From an uncultured delta proteobacterium (GTDB taxonomy: Bacteria; Desulfobacterota; Binatia; HRBIN30; BPIQ01): a DNA stretch of 64,000 bases. Positions within the stretch are counted from its first letter, which is position 1, and each line of letters starts with the position of its first letter. Under the pieces are notes generated by a model. The model was not told the DNA's origin. It searched no databases and was given only the letters and a program-made list of their open reading frames with translations. The stretch covers positions 67,796 to 131,795 of the forward strand of contig CAVXGR010000015.1 of assembly GCA_963761335.1 (NCBI GenBank). The letters run 5' to 3'. Of the stretch, positions 9,770-22,165 are shown one piece after another. Position numbers and translations under genes: made by a program.

Positions 9770-10477
9770 ATGAGATACTGGACAATTCTCGCTGGTTCGC
9801 TTCTGTCGCTCGCGGTCGCTGGGTGCAACGGCGGCAGCGGAAGCCCGTGCCCGAGCGCCACGGCTCCGGATGTCACCGGGACCTGGTGCCAGATGGGCGC
9901 CGCGACCACGGAGTCGACCTGTTCGGCCGGAACCAACTCTCTCAATCTGACCACCGCGAATGGCACCACCAGCGCCTGCTCCTTCACCGTCGGCCAGAGC
10001 GGCTCGGCGGTGGTCATCTCCAGCTGCAACCAGGACGTTGCCTTCACCGGCTGTGTGGATTCGGCAGGGGCCATCAGCGCCGACTACGGCCTCTTCCAGG
10101 CCGAGCCGGGCTGCACGGTGACGGCGCCAGTGACGCTGAAGGTCGAGCCCGGAGCCGAGACCGCGACGGCTTCCTACGACTTCCCGGTCTCCTACGACGG
10201 CCTGGCCTGCACGGCGGGCTCCATGAGCTGTCGGGGACAGATCGGGGCGCAGTGGCAGCGCTACGTGTGCGGTGACGGGGCGGCGACCGTCGCCTGCGAG
10301 GAGTGCGACGACGGCAACTCCGACAACAGCGACGACTGCAAGAACGACTGCACGCTCAACGTCTGCGGCGACGGTGTCCTGCATGTCGGCGTCGAGGAGT
10401 GCGACGACGGCAACAACCGCGATGGCGACGGCTGCTCGGCGGCCTGCAAGATCGAGATGCCTAGCGCCGCCTCCTGA
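9770..10477 (+). CDS. lipoprotein with C-terminal Myxococcus-type cysteine-rich repeats
   Basis: RBS gaaggggagggggg then ATG. Signal peptide plus lipobox (LLSLAVAGC). Two copies of the CGDG...EECDDGN..D.C motif at the C-terminus. Confidence 0.6.
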   Translation: MRYWTILAGSLLSLAVAGCNGGSGSPCPSATAPDVTGTWCQMGAATTESTCSAGTNSLNLTTANGTTSACSFTVGQSGSAVVISSCNQDVAFTGCVDSAGAISADYGLFQAEPGCTVTAPVTLKVEPGAETATASYDFPVSYDGLACTAGSMSCRGQIGAQWQRYVCGDGAATVACEECDDGNSDNSDDCKNDCTLNVCGDGVLHVGVEECDDGNNRDGDGCSAACKIEMPSAAS

Positions 10478-10507
10478 AGGGGCGGCGGCGCCCACTCGCA
10501 TCAGAAG

Positions 10508-10548
10508 GAAAGAAAAGGCCCAGGGGTGACCCTGGGCCTTTTTTCCTT
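10508..10548. terminator. bidirectional rho-independent terminator between convergent genes
   Basis: GAAAGAAAA GGCCCAGGG gtga CCCTGGGCC TTTTTTCC: a hairpin flanked by A-run and T-run. Confidence 0.7.
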
Positions 10549-10598
10549 CGGCGCCTCTGCCCGGCGCCTGCCTCAACGTCTCGCGGACGAGAAGGGGC

Positions 10599-10925
10599 TC
10601 AGTCGCGCTCTCCCCGGTACCAGCGCACCAGCCATCCCTCCTGCTCCCGTTCGGTGATCTCTTTGAGCTCGCCGGATTCGAGCCAAATCCCCTTGCACTC
10701 CGGGCACTCCTCGACGGTGACGCCGTGCAGGGATTTGTTGTGCAGGTGAGCGCCATCCTTGGGGCACCGCGACACGGCGATCTCGCGGAGAGTGGCCTCG
10801 GTGGCCGTGCTCACTTCCTCCTTCAGCTTCTTGAGCAACTCCCGATCGCGTTTGGCGAAGTACGCGTCCTCTCGGCCGCGCTCCGCCTCGCGGAGCTTCT
10901 CGCCCAGTCGATCCTTCTCTTCCAT
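10599..10925 (-). CDS. small zinc-ribbon protein (zf-TFIIB-like CPxC...CPECxGxWL...GEL)
   Basis: Internal Met chosen (MEEKDRLGEKLREAERG...). Motif CPKDGAHLHNKSLHGVTVEECPECKGIWLESGELKEI. The upstream part of the 10599-11069 ORF is judged untranslated. Confidence 0.5.
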   Translation of the reverse strand: MEEKDRLGEKLREAERGREDAYFAKRDRELLKKLKEEVSTATEATLREIAVSRCPKDGAHLHNKSLHGVTVEECPECKGIWLESGELKEITEREQEGWLVRWYRGERD

Positions 10926-11147
10926 CCGACTGCCTCGCTTTCTCTGGTGCGGGCGGGTCTCCCGCCGGCCGCGCTCGGCGACTGTTGTCGATGGCGTGCG
11001 CCGAGCACGATCGTACGGTAGCCGCCACCTCTCGGGTTTGTCAACGTCGTCACCGCGCACTGTCGTCACCGCGCACGCAGCTCCAGGGGTGTCGGACGGT
11101 TGCCATGGGCGGCTTCGTGGTTAAAACAACAACCCAGCGGAGGCTCA

Positions 11148-13738
<2,591 letters not shown>

Positions 13739-13763
<25 letters not shown>

Positions 13764-14620
13764 GTCGTTGCGGGTGGCCCGTCATTGAGGACGGGCCACT
13801 CGTTCGCCTGCATCTTGTAGCGCTCGTAGCGCTCCAGAATGCGGTCGACGTACGCTACCGTCGCCGTCCCCTGGGCGTAGCCGTTGTCGACGAAGCGGTA
13901 ATAGTCCGCGTTCTCGAGAAGCGGCAGCATCTGCGAGAGCGCGTCCCAGCGATTCGGGTCGAATCCGTAGTGCCGCGCCAGCACCTGGGCGTCGCGAACA
14001 TGCGCTGGCCCCATGTTGTACGCGGCGAGGACCAAAGCCAGCCGGTCGCGGCCGCGGACGTGGGGGAACAGGTGCTCGAGGTGCTTGAGGTAGCGGACCC
14101 CCGTGCGCACGTTGTCGTCCGGGGTCATGTAGCGGTCCGCCTGCACCTGTCGCGCCGCGATCGGCATGATCTGCATCAAGCCGAAGGCTCCGGCACTGCT
14201 GACGCTGTCGGGCCTGAAGCGCGACTCCTCGAAGACCAGAGCCGACACCAGACGCCAGTCCAGTCCCTCCGCCGCCGCGTGGCGGTGAATCAGTGTGTCG
14301 AAGCGCGAGATGTGGTTGCCGGCGATGGAGGGGGGCAGCGGATCGACAGCGGGTTCCTCGGCGTGCGTCTCCAGCGCATCGACGGATCGCGTCGATTGCT
14401 GCGGGCCCGGCACGCTGACGCCGTCGACCTGAATGATCCAGCCGTCGACGGCGACGGTCCAGGCGCGCTTCGAAGCCGGCACGACGCGCTCGCGCACCGG
14501 GTTCCCCGCCGGGAGTCGCGGCGATGCCGGAGGAGCCCAGTCGAACAGCCCCATGAGCGCCAGTGCCCCTGCGATGAGCAGCTTCCGCGCCGCCCCGGAG
14601 CCGGGAGAACTGCGAGACAT
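13739..14620 (-). CDS. lytic transglycosylase (SLT domain) with signal peptide
   Basis: [25 protein letters not shown] and AYNMGP motifs. Start trimmed to the Met before a hydrophobic leader ([26 protein letters not shown]). The 3' end overlaps clpB convergently by 25 nt. Confidence 0.8.
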
Positions 14621-14747
14621 GCGCTCGGACTGTGCCGAAGCTCGGGGAGCAAAGCAAGTTCCGAGGGAAGTCCCGAGGTCCAGAGCCATCCCTTGACGCA
14701 GGACCGCGCTTCGGAGCCAATGATCGGAGCGAAGGAGGGAACTCGGA

Positions 14748-15920
14748 ATGGGAGAGGCCTACATCGTTGGCGCGGTGCGCACCGCGACCGGTCGCCGCAA
14801 CGGCATGCTCAAGAGCTGGCACCCGATCGATCTGGGGGCCGTGGTCCTGCGGGCTCTGCTCGAACGCACCGGCGCGGACCCGAATGCCGTCGAGGACGTG
14901 ATTTTCGGCTGCGTCGACCAGGTGGGCGCGCAGGCGGCAAACATCGCCCGCAACGCCGTTCTCGCCGCCGGCCTGCCCGAGACCATCCCGGCGACGACCA
15001 TCGATCGGCAGTGCGGCTCGTCGCAGCAGGCCGTACACTTCGCGGCGCAGGCGGTGATGTCCGGCGTTCACGACGTCATCGTCGCCGGCGGTGTCGAGGT
15101 CATGAGCCTGGTGCCGATCGGGGGGAATGCCATTGCCGGTCACAAGCTCGGCTACGGTGCGCCCTATGGCGTCGGTCTCAAGCAGCGCTATCCGGGCATC
15201 AAGTTCAATCAGTTCGCCGGCGCCGAGATGATGGCGCGGAAGTGGGGCCTCGACCGCGGGAGGTTGGACGCCTTCGGTCTCTCCAGCCATCGCAAGGCGG
15301 CACGCGCCACCGAGGAGGGGCGCTTCGAGCGCGAGATCCTGCCGCTGGAAGTGAAGCGAGATGACGGCACTTCGGCCGAGCTTCGCCGCGACGAGGGGAT
15401 TCGCTACGACGCCAGCCTCGAGTCGATGGCGGCTCTGAAGGGTCTCAGCGAGGCCGGGTTGCTCACCGCCGGCACCTCGAGTCAAATCTCCGATGGTGCC
15501 GCTGCGCTGCTGGTGGCCAACGACGCCGGCCTGCGGCGTCTCGGCGCCCGGCCGCGGGCGCGCATCGCCGCCATGTCGCTCGCCGCCGACGATCCGGTGA
15601 TGATGCTCTCGGCACCGATTCCCGCTACCCGCAAGTTGCTGTCGAAGGCAGCGATCGGCGTCGGCGACATCGATCTCTACGAGGTCAACGAGGCGTTCGC
15701 CTCAGTGCCCCTCGCCTGGAGCATCGAGCTCGGCGCCGACCCCGACAAGCTCAACGTGAACGGCGGTGCCATCGCCCTGGGGCATCCGCTCGGCTGCACC
15801 GGCGCCAAGTTGATGACGACGCTGCTGCATGAGCTCGAGCGCCGCGGCGACCGCTATGGCCTGCAGACGATGTGCGAGGGCGGTGGGCAGGCCAACGGCA
15901 CGTTGATCGAGCGGCTCTGA
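14748..15920 (+). CDS. acetyl-CoA C-acetyltransferase (thiolase II)
   Basis: MGEAYIVGAVRTATGRRNG...; catalytic Cys region and C-terminal NVNGGAIALGHPLGCTGA, GG...CEGGGQA signatures. Confidence 0.9.
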   Translation: MGEAYIVGAVRTATGRRNGMLKSWHPIDLGAVVLRALLERTGADPNAVEDVIFGCVDQVGAQAANIARNAVLAAGLPETIPATTIDRQCGSSQQAVHFAAQAVMSGVHDVIVAGGVEVMSLVPIGGNAIAGHKLGYGAPYGVGLKQRYPGIKFNQFAGAEMMARKWGLDRGRLDAFGLSSHRKAARATEEGRFEREILPLEVKRDDGTSAELRRDEGIRYDASLESMAALKGLSEAGLLTAGTSSQISDGAAALLVANDAGLRRLGARPRARIAAMSLAADDPVMMLSAPIPATRKLLSKAAIGVGDIDLYEVNEAFASVPLAWSIELGADPDKLNVNGGAIALGHPLGCTGAKLMTTLLHELERRGDRYGLQTMCEGGGQANGTLIERL

Positions 15921-15954
15921 TCCGCCTCGGAGTGCCTGGGACGGCTCGTTCTGC

Positions 15955-16566
15955 TCAGCGCGGGATCATCGAGGCGACTCCGGCCGGCTGCCAGTTGAGA
16001 GCCACCACCTGCTGGCGCCGGCCGCGCGTCTGAACGATGCTCACCGAGCCCGGGCCAACGTGCAGCCGGCGATACTCCCCGAGGCCCATGCCCAGGAGTC
16101 TGGCGAGCAGAAGTCGGAGGGGATCGCCGTGGGAGACCAGAACCGTCGCGCCCTCGGCGGCGACCTCCGCAAATACCGGCGCGACCCTCTCCTGCACCGC
16201 CCGCGCCGACTCGATGGCGTCGGTCTCATGGGTGGCGTCATGGAAGTAGGCCCGCATGTCCGGGTCGTCGCGCAGCTCCGCGAACGTCTTCCCTTGCCAG
16301 GATCTGACCCAGACCTCGGCCAGTCGCTCGTCGGTTTCGATGTCGATCGCGTGCATCGCAGCGATCATTGCCGCGGTCTCCTGCACGCGTCGCTGCGGGC
16401 TGGCGAGGACGCGTCGAATCGGAAACGACCGCAGGGCATCGGCGACTGCGGCGGCCTGCTGGCGGCCGCGGTCGTTGAGGGGCGTGTCGCCGCGGCCCAG
16501 AACGCGTCCCTGCTCGTTCCAGTCGGTCAATCCGTGGCGTACGAGAAACACGGTGGAGTCGGGCAT
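15955..16566 (-). CDS. histidine phosphatase (phosphoglycerate-mutase family)
   Basis: MPDSTVFLVRHGLTDWNEQGRVLGRGDTPLNDRGRQQA... (RHG motif). Only the 3' 203 codons of the 487-aa listed ORF are used. Confidence 0.8.
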   Translation of the reverse strand: MPDSTVFLVRHGLTDWNEQGRVLGRGDTPLNDRGRQQAAAVADALRSFPIRRVLASPQRRVQETAAMIAAMHAIDIETDERLAEVWVRSWQGKTFAELRDDPDMRAYFHDATHETDAIESARAVQERVAPVFAEVAAEGATVLVSHGDPLRLLLARLLGMGLGEYRRLHVGPGSVSIVQTRGRRQQVVALNWQPAGVASMIPR

Positions 16567-16689
16567 GCGCGATGGTAGCCGCTGGCCGCGGGGGCGCCAA
16601 GACCGGTCCGACAGAACTGCCCCGCCGGTGTTTGCTCCGCGAGGCCGAGTTCGTCTATAAGCGGGCGCGCCTGCGGAGAGGGGGAACTG

Positions 16690-16839
16690 GTGTCCGGCAG
16701 AGGCCTGAGCGTTCTCGATGTGCTGATAGTGCTGGCGGTGGTGGCGATGCTCGTGGTGCTCTCCTTCTACGAGTTTCCGCGCTATCGGCAGGACGTCCTG
16801 CCGGTGGCGGTCAGCGCCACACCGACCCCCGCCCCCTAG
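16690..16839 (+). CDS. possible small membrane protein (49 aa, GTG start), not in ORF track
   Basis: agagggggaaCTGGTG then VSGRGLSVLDVLIVLAVVAMLVVLSFYEFPRYRQDVLPVAVSATPTPAP; a hydrophobic helix preceded by R-G, loosely prepilin-like. Speculative. Confidence 0.2.
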   Translation: MSGRGLSVLDVLIVLAVVAMLVVLSFYEFPRYRQDVLPVAVSATPTPAP

Positions 16840-17699
16840 CCTACGGCGACCGCGCGATTCTCCTCGATGAAGCGGCCCACCTCGGCCGCGACCTCTTCGC
16901 GGTCCCGATCCACCGTGATCACGTGAGCGCTGTGCTCGAGGATGTGGCAGCGGACCCGCGACGAGCCGATCTCGCGGCGCGCGATTTCGGCGTTCTCCAA
17001 GGGGCAGGTGTGGTCCAGACGGCCGTGCAGGATCAGCGCTGGCTGGCGGACACGCGGCAGCATCCGGCGGGCCGAGAGCTGTAGGGCGGCCAGCTCCACC
17101 ATGCCGCGGACGGGCATCGGAAACAGGGGTTGGTTGCGACGCGCCTCCGGATCGGCGACGTCGCTGTCGCGCTTGGGACGCAGCCGCCATTTCACCGGCA
17201 GCACCGGCAGCGCGGCGCGCAAGAGCGGGGCGTAGCGACGCAGCCGCCCGTCGGCGAGGAAGAGCGGCGGCGCCATCAGGACGATGGCGCGGATGCGTTC
17301 GCCGTATTCGCACGCCAGCTCGATGGTCAGCAGGGAGCCCATCGACAGGCCGGCCACGAAGACCGTCGGGCAGCGTGCCAACAGCATCTCCAGCCCCTGC
17401 CGCGCCGCCTGGATCCATTCGCGTCGACCGCTGCGCAGCAGCTCCGGGCCGAGGGTCGCGTGCCCGGGAAGGCGGATGGCCGAGACGGAGAGTCCGCGCT
17501 CCTGCAGGCGCTCCCCGAGAAAACGCATTTCGTGCGGCGTTCCGCTGAATCCGTGCAGCAGGAGACAGCCGCAGTCGCCTCCGGGCAGATCGAAGCCGGG
17601 GATGTCCGCGGGCTGCATCTCCGGCGCAACGCCGCTCACCAGAGTCGGCGAGGGATCTTGCCGCCCGTCCTCACTGATACGTGGTGCGTTCCTGGGCAT
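16836..17699 (-). CDS. alpha/beta-hydrolase carboxylesterase
   Basis: LLLHGFSGTPHEMR, nucleophile elbow GLSMGS, and C-terminal His region (HSAHVIT). Start may be internal (MQPAD... at 17618). Confidence 0.75.
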   Translation of the reverse strand: MPRNAPRISEDGRQDPSPTLVSGVAPEMQPADIPGFDLPGGDCGCLLLHGFSGTPHEMRFLGERLQERGLSVSAIRLPGHATLGPELLRSGRREWIQAARQGLEMLLARCPTVFVAGLSMGSLLTIELACEYGERIRAIVLMAPPLFLADGRLRRYAPLLRAALPVLPVKWRLRPKRDSDVADPEARRNQPLFPMPVRGMVELAALQLSARRMLPRVRQPALILHGRLDHTCPLENAEIARREIGSSRVRCHILEHSAHVITVDRDREEVAAEVGRFIEENRAVAVG

Positions 17700-19614
17700 C
17701 CATGCGCGCCAGGTATTCGGGCCGGATGTGCACGTTGTAGCGCGCCTTGAGCTCGTCGGCGAACTGCTGCAACACCATCCCTTTTCGCTGCGAGAGGATC
17801 TGCTTCTTGATCTCGTCCTTCTTCTCCGCGAACTTGCTCTCGTCGACGGGTACTCGCTTGTCCAGCATCGCGACGACGATCTTGTCGTCGCTCGCGTAGG
17901 TCTTGGGTGCCACGGGCTGCTCGGAGGTCAGCGAGAAGGCGTCCTTCTGGAGCTCCGGTTGGCTGCCGATGCCGGGGATGGAGGCGTCGTTGCGGCCGAA
18001 AGGTGCGGTCTCCTCTGGTGCCAAGCCGTGTGCCGCGGCGACCGCCTGTAGGTCCTTGCTCTTCTTCAGCTCGGCCAGCATGTCATCGGCCGCCTTGCGC
18101 GCCAGCTCTTTCGCCTTCTCCTTGTCGACGTCGGCGATCACCCGGTCGCGGATCTGCGCGAGCTCCGGCACGCGTGCTGGAATCTCCTCGGCGACGCGGA
18201 AGACGTAGCTCGCCTGCGGGGCGTCGACCTCGCCGACCTTGCCGACGTCCGTCGCAAACACCCTTGCGGAGAGCTGTGGCAAGCGGCCGACCCCCTGTAT
18301 CCCCTCACTGGCCGCGAAGGGCTGCGGATCGGCGACGGCGACGCCGCTCGCCTGAGCCAGGGCAGCGAGTTGCTGACCACCGGCGGCCTTCTCCATGTCG
18401 GCCTGGGCCTGCTGCCGCCGCGCTTCGTCGCCCTTTTGCTGGCGCACCTTGGGGACCACCTCGTCGCGCACCTCGGCGAGTGGCTTGGGACCGGCGGGCC
18501 GTTTTTCGTCCAGCTGGATGATCTCGAAGCCGAACTGCGTCTCGACGACGTCCGAAAGCTGGCCGGGCTGCTGCAGGGCGAAGGCGGCGTCCTCGAAGGG
18601 CTTCACCATCTGGTTGCGCCCGATGAGGCCGAGGTCGCCTCCTCGATCCTTGTTGGCATCGTCCTCCGAGTACTGCCGAGCCAGGGCCGAGAAGTCCTCG
18701 CCGCCGCGGGCCTTGTCGAGCACCTGCTGGGCCAGACCGCGCTTTGCCTGCTTCACCTCCTCGGTGGCGCCCTCGGGGACCTTCACGAGGATGTGGCGGA
18801 CGTGCACCTGCTCGGGGGACTGGAAATCGCTCTTGTGCGCCTCGTAGTACTTCTGCACGTCGGTGTCGTCGACCTTGGCCCGATCGGCGAACACCGCCAT
18901 CGGATACGCCGCCAGCTCGATGCGCCGGCGCGCCGGCTCCTTGTATGCGTCCTTGTGGGTTCCGTAGTACTTGCTGATCTCGTCGTCGCTCGGTGCCCCC
19001 TGTCCGGCGTACTTGGAATCGGACACTTCCAGATAGCGGAGGCTGATCTTCTCGTTCTGGTAGTCGTACTGCTGCCGGGCCTCCGCATCGCTGACGTAGA
19101 CGCCGGCCAGGAGCGCGTTCTGGAGCTTGTCGACGAGAATCTGCTCGCGCTGGGTGGCCTCGTACTCGGTCGGTGTCAGGCGATTGCCACGCAGCAGCTC
19201 CATGTAGCGGGTGCGGTCGAACTGACCGGCCCGCTGGAAGGCTTCCTGCTCCTCGATGGAGCGGCGCACCTCGTCGTCGGTGACCCCTAGGCCGAGCCGC
19301 TCCGCCTCCTGCTGCATCAGGTTGACGCGGATGAGCTCGTCGAGGGCGCGCTCGCGCAGGTGCAACGCCTTGAGCAGCTCCGGGCTGGCGTTCTTGGCAA
19401 ACATGTTGCGGTAGGCGTCGAGCAGGTTCTGATAGGCGCGGTCCACCTCGTCGGAGGTGATGGCGTGCTCGTTTACCTCGGCGACCATATCGCCGGGCTG
19501 CTGTCGGCGCGACAACATGCCGCCGACGCCCCAGAGGATGAAGACGACGACGATGATCAAAAAGGCCGCTTTGATCCAGACAGAGCTGGCATTCTTTCGC
19601 ATGAATTTGAGCAT
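17671..19614 (-). CDS. ppiD: periplasmic chaperone / peptidyl-prolyl isomerase PpiD
   Basis: N-terminal TM anchor (IKAAFLIIVVVFILWG), SurA-N-like region and a parvulin domain (VHVRHILVKV...GGDLG...). 647 aa. Confidence 0.8.
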   Translation of the reverse strand: MLKFMRKNASSVWIKAAFLIIVVVFILWGVGGMLSRRQQPGDMVAEVNEHAITSDEVDRAYQNLLDAYRNMFAKNASPELLKALHLRERALDELIRVNLMQQEAERLGLGVTDDEVRRSIEEQEAFQRAGQFDRTRYMELLRGNRLTPTEYEATQREQILVDKLQNALLAGVYVSDAEARQQYDYQNEKISLRYLEVSDSKYAGQGAPSDDEISKYYGTHKDAYKEPARRRIELAAYPMAVFADRAKVDDTDVQKYYEAHKSDFQSPEQVHVRHILVKVPEGATEEVKQAKRGLAQQVLDKARGGEDFSALARQYSEDDANKDRGGDLGLIGRNQMVKPFEDAAFALQQPGQLSDVVETQFGFEIIQLDEKRPAGPKPLAEVRDEVVPKVRQQKGDEARRQQAQADMEKAAGGQQLAALAQASGVAVADPQPFAASEGIQGVGRLPQLSARVFATDVGKVGEVDAPQASYVFRVAEEIPARVPELAQIRDRVIADVDKEKAKELARKAADDMLAELKKSKDLQAVAAAHGLAPEETAPFGRNDASIPGIGSQPELQKDAFSLTSEQPVAPKTYASDDKIVVAMLDKRVPVDESKFAEKKDEIKKQILSQRKGMVLQQFADELKARYNVHIRPEYLARMDAQERTTYQ

Positions 19615-19706
19615 TGCAGGAACGATAATTTAGGGCTGCGACGAAATCAACAGCGACCCGGGAGAGCCGGCGGGTTCACCTTGCCGACCTCGGGGAATTC
19701 TGGTAG

Positions 19707-20789
<1,083 letters not shown>

Positions 20790-20823
20790 GACGATGCCTG
20801 TGAGCCAGCCGTCCTGAACGCTC

Positions 20824-21663
20824 ATGTTGGAGTTCCTCCGGAGAAACCAGATCCTGCTGACCTCCGGATGCTTGCTGGTCATCGCCCTGGTGCTGGCGTC
20901 GTCGAACGCTCGTGACCGCTACCTGCAGGAGCCCTTCAACGACTTGCTCCTCGAGGGAATGAGGCCGGTGCAGAGCGGCATCACCAACGCCGTTCACTCG
21001 GTCACCCAGATCTGGCAGCGCTACATCGCCCTGGTCGGCTTGCAGCGCGAGAACGAGGCCCTGCGCCAGCGCCTCCTGGAGCTCGAGCAGGAAGCGGTGC
21101 GCCGCGCCGAGATCGAGCAGACGAACCGGCGCCTGAGCGAGCTGCTCGACTTTCGCGCCAGCCTCCGCGGCGAAGCGCGCGCCGCCGAGGTGATCGGCAA
21201 GGATCCGCAGCCGTGGTTCCGCTCCTTCGTAATCAACAAGGGCGAGGCGGACGGCATCCGCAAGGGCATGGCGGTGCTTTCGGCCTACGGCGTGGTCGGG
21301 CAGATTCACACCGCCAGTGCGCACGCCGCCCGCGTCCTGCTGATCACCGACCACAACAGCGGAATCGACGCCGTGGTCCAGCGCAGCCGGGCGCGCGGCA
21401 TCGTCGAGGGCGCCGTCTCCGAGGGCTGCGTGATGAAATACCTGCGGCAGGGCGAGGACGTCCAGGTCGGAGATCGCGTGGTGACATCGGGGCTCGACGG
21501 CATCTTCCCCAAGGGGATCGTCGTCGGCCGCATCACCGGTCTGTCGCGGCGCAGCCGCGGCCTCCTGCAGTCGGCGGTCGTCGAGCCGATGGTGCCTTTC
21601 GATCGCCTCGAGGAGGTTCTGGTGGTGGACTCGAACGCCGAGCTGCAGCGGGAATCTCCGTGA
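20824..21663 (+). CDS. mreC: rod-shape protein MreC
   Basis: Position after mreB. N-terminal TM, coiled coil (ENEALRQRLLELEQE) and a C-terminal beta domain. Confidence 0.85.
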   Translation: MLEFLRRNQILLTSGCLLVIALVLASSNARDRYLQEPFNDLLLEGMRPVQSGITNAVHSVTQIWQRYIALVGLQRENEALRQRLLELEQEAVRRAEIEQTNRRLSELLDFRASLRGEARAAEVIGKDPQPWFRSFVINKGEADGIRKGMAVLSAYGVVGQIHTASAHAARVLLITDHNSGIDAVVQRSRARGIVEGAVSEGCVMKYLRQGEDVQVGDRVVTSGLDGIFPKGIVVGRITGLSRRSRGLLQSAVVEPMVPFDRLEEVLVVDSNAELQRESP

Positions 21664-21664
21664 G

Positions 21665-22165
21665 ATGCGACGGGTCGCGGTGATCTTGCTGGTAGGGCTG
21701 GCGGCGGTGGTGGTGCAGAGCACGATCCTTCCCCTCCTGCCGCTCGGCCCGGCGCTTCCCGACCTCCTGCTGGTTCTCTGCGTCTACCTCGGTCTCTACA
21801 TCCATTCGCCGGCCGGCGCGCTCGGCGCCTTCGCCATCGGCTATATCGAAGACGCCTTCTCCGGGAGCCTTCCGGGAGTCAACGCCTTCGCCATGACCAT
21901 CGTCTTCCTGCTGGTCTACCTGACCTCGCGGCGGCTGTGGGTGGGCAATGCCCTGTCGCGCATCGTGCTGGTCTTCCTCGCGTCGCTGGTGAAGGCCGCG
22001 GCGATGATGTTGGTGATCGGCGCCTTTCTCTCCCTCGACGGCCTTTGGCAGACGGTGATGAAGTACATCCTCGCGGAGGCGGCTCTGGCCGCGGCCTTGA
22101 GCCCGCCGATCTTCGCGGTGCTGGGGCACATGCAACAGCTCGATGCGGAGCGGGTGTCGGCATGA
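21665..22165 (+). CDS. mreD: rod-shape protein MreD
   Basis: 166-aa polytopic membrane protein immediately after mreC. Overlaps the PBP2 start by 4 nt. Confidence 0.75.
   Translation: MRRVAVILLVGLAAVVVQSTILPLLPLGPALPDLLLVLCVYLGLYIHSPAGALGAFAIGYIEDAFSGSLPGVNAFAMTIVFLLVYLTSRRLWVGNALSRIVLVFLASLVKAAAMMLVIGAFLSLDGLWQTVMKYILAEAALAAALSPPIFAVLGHMQQLDAERVSA

Noticed and set aside
5117-10074. Very long minus-strand ORFs (5117-7486, 7897-10074) antisense to the RND and DUF1329 genes
   Set aside because: These are typical stop-codon-poor antisense frames of a high-GC genome. Their translations are Arg/Gly/Ala-rich low-complexity sequence with no motifs. The plus-strand genes have RBSs and recognisable domains.
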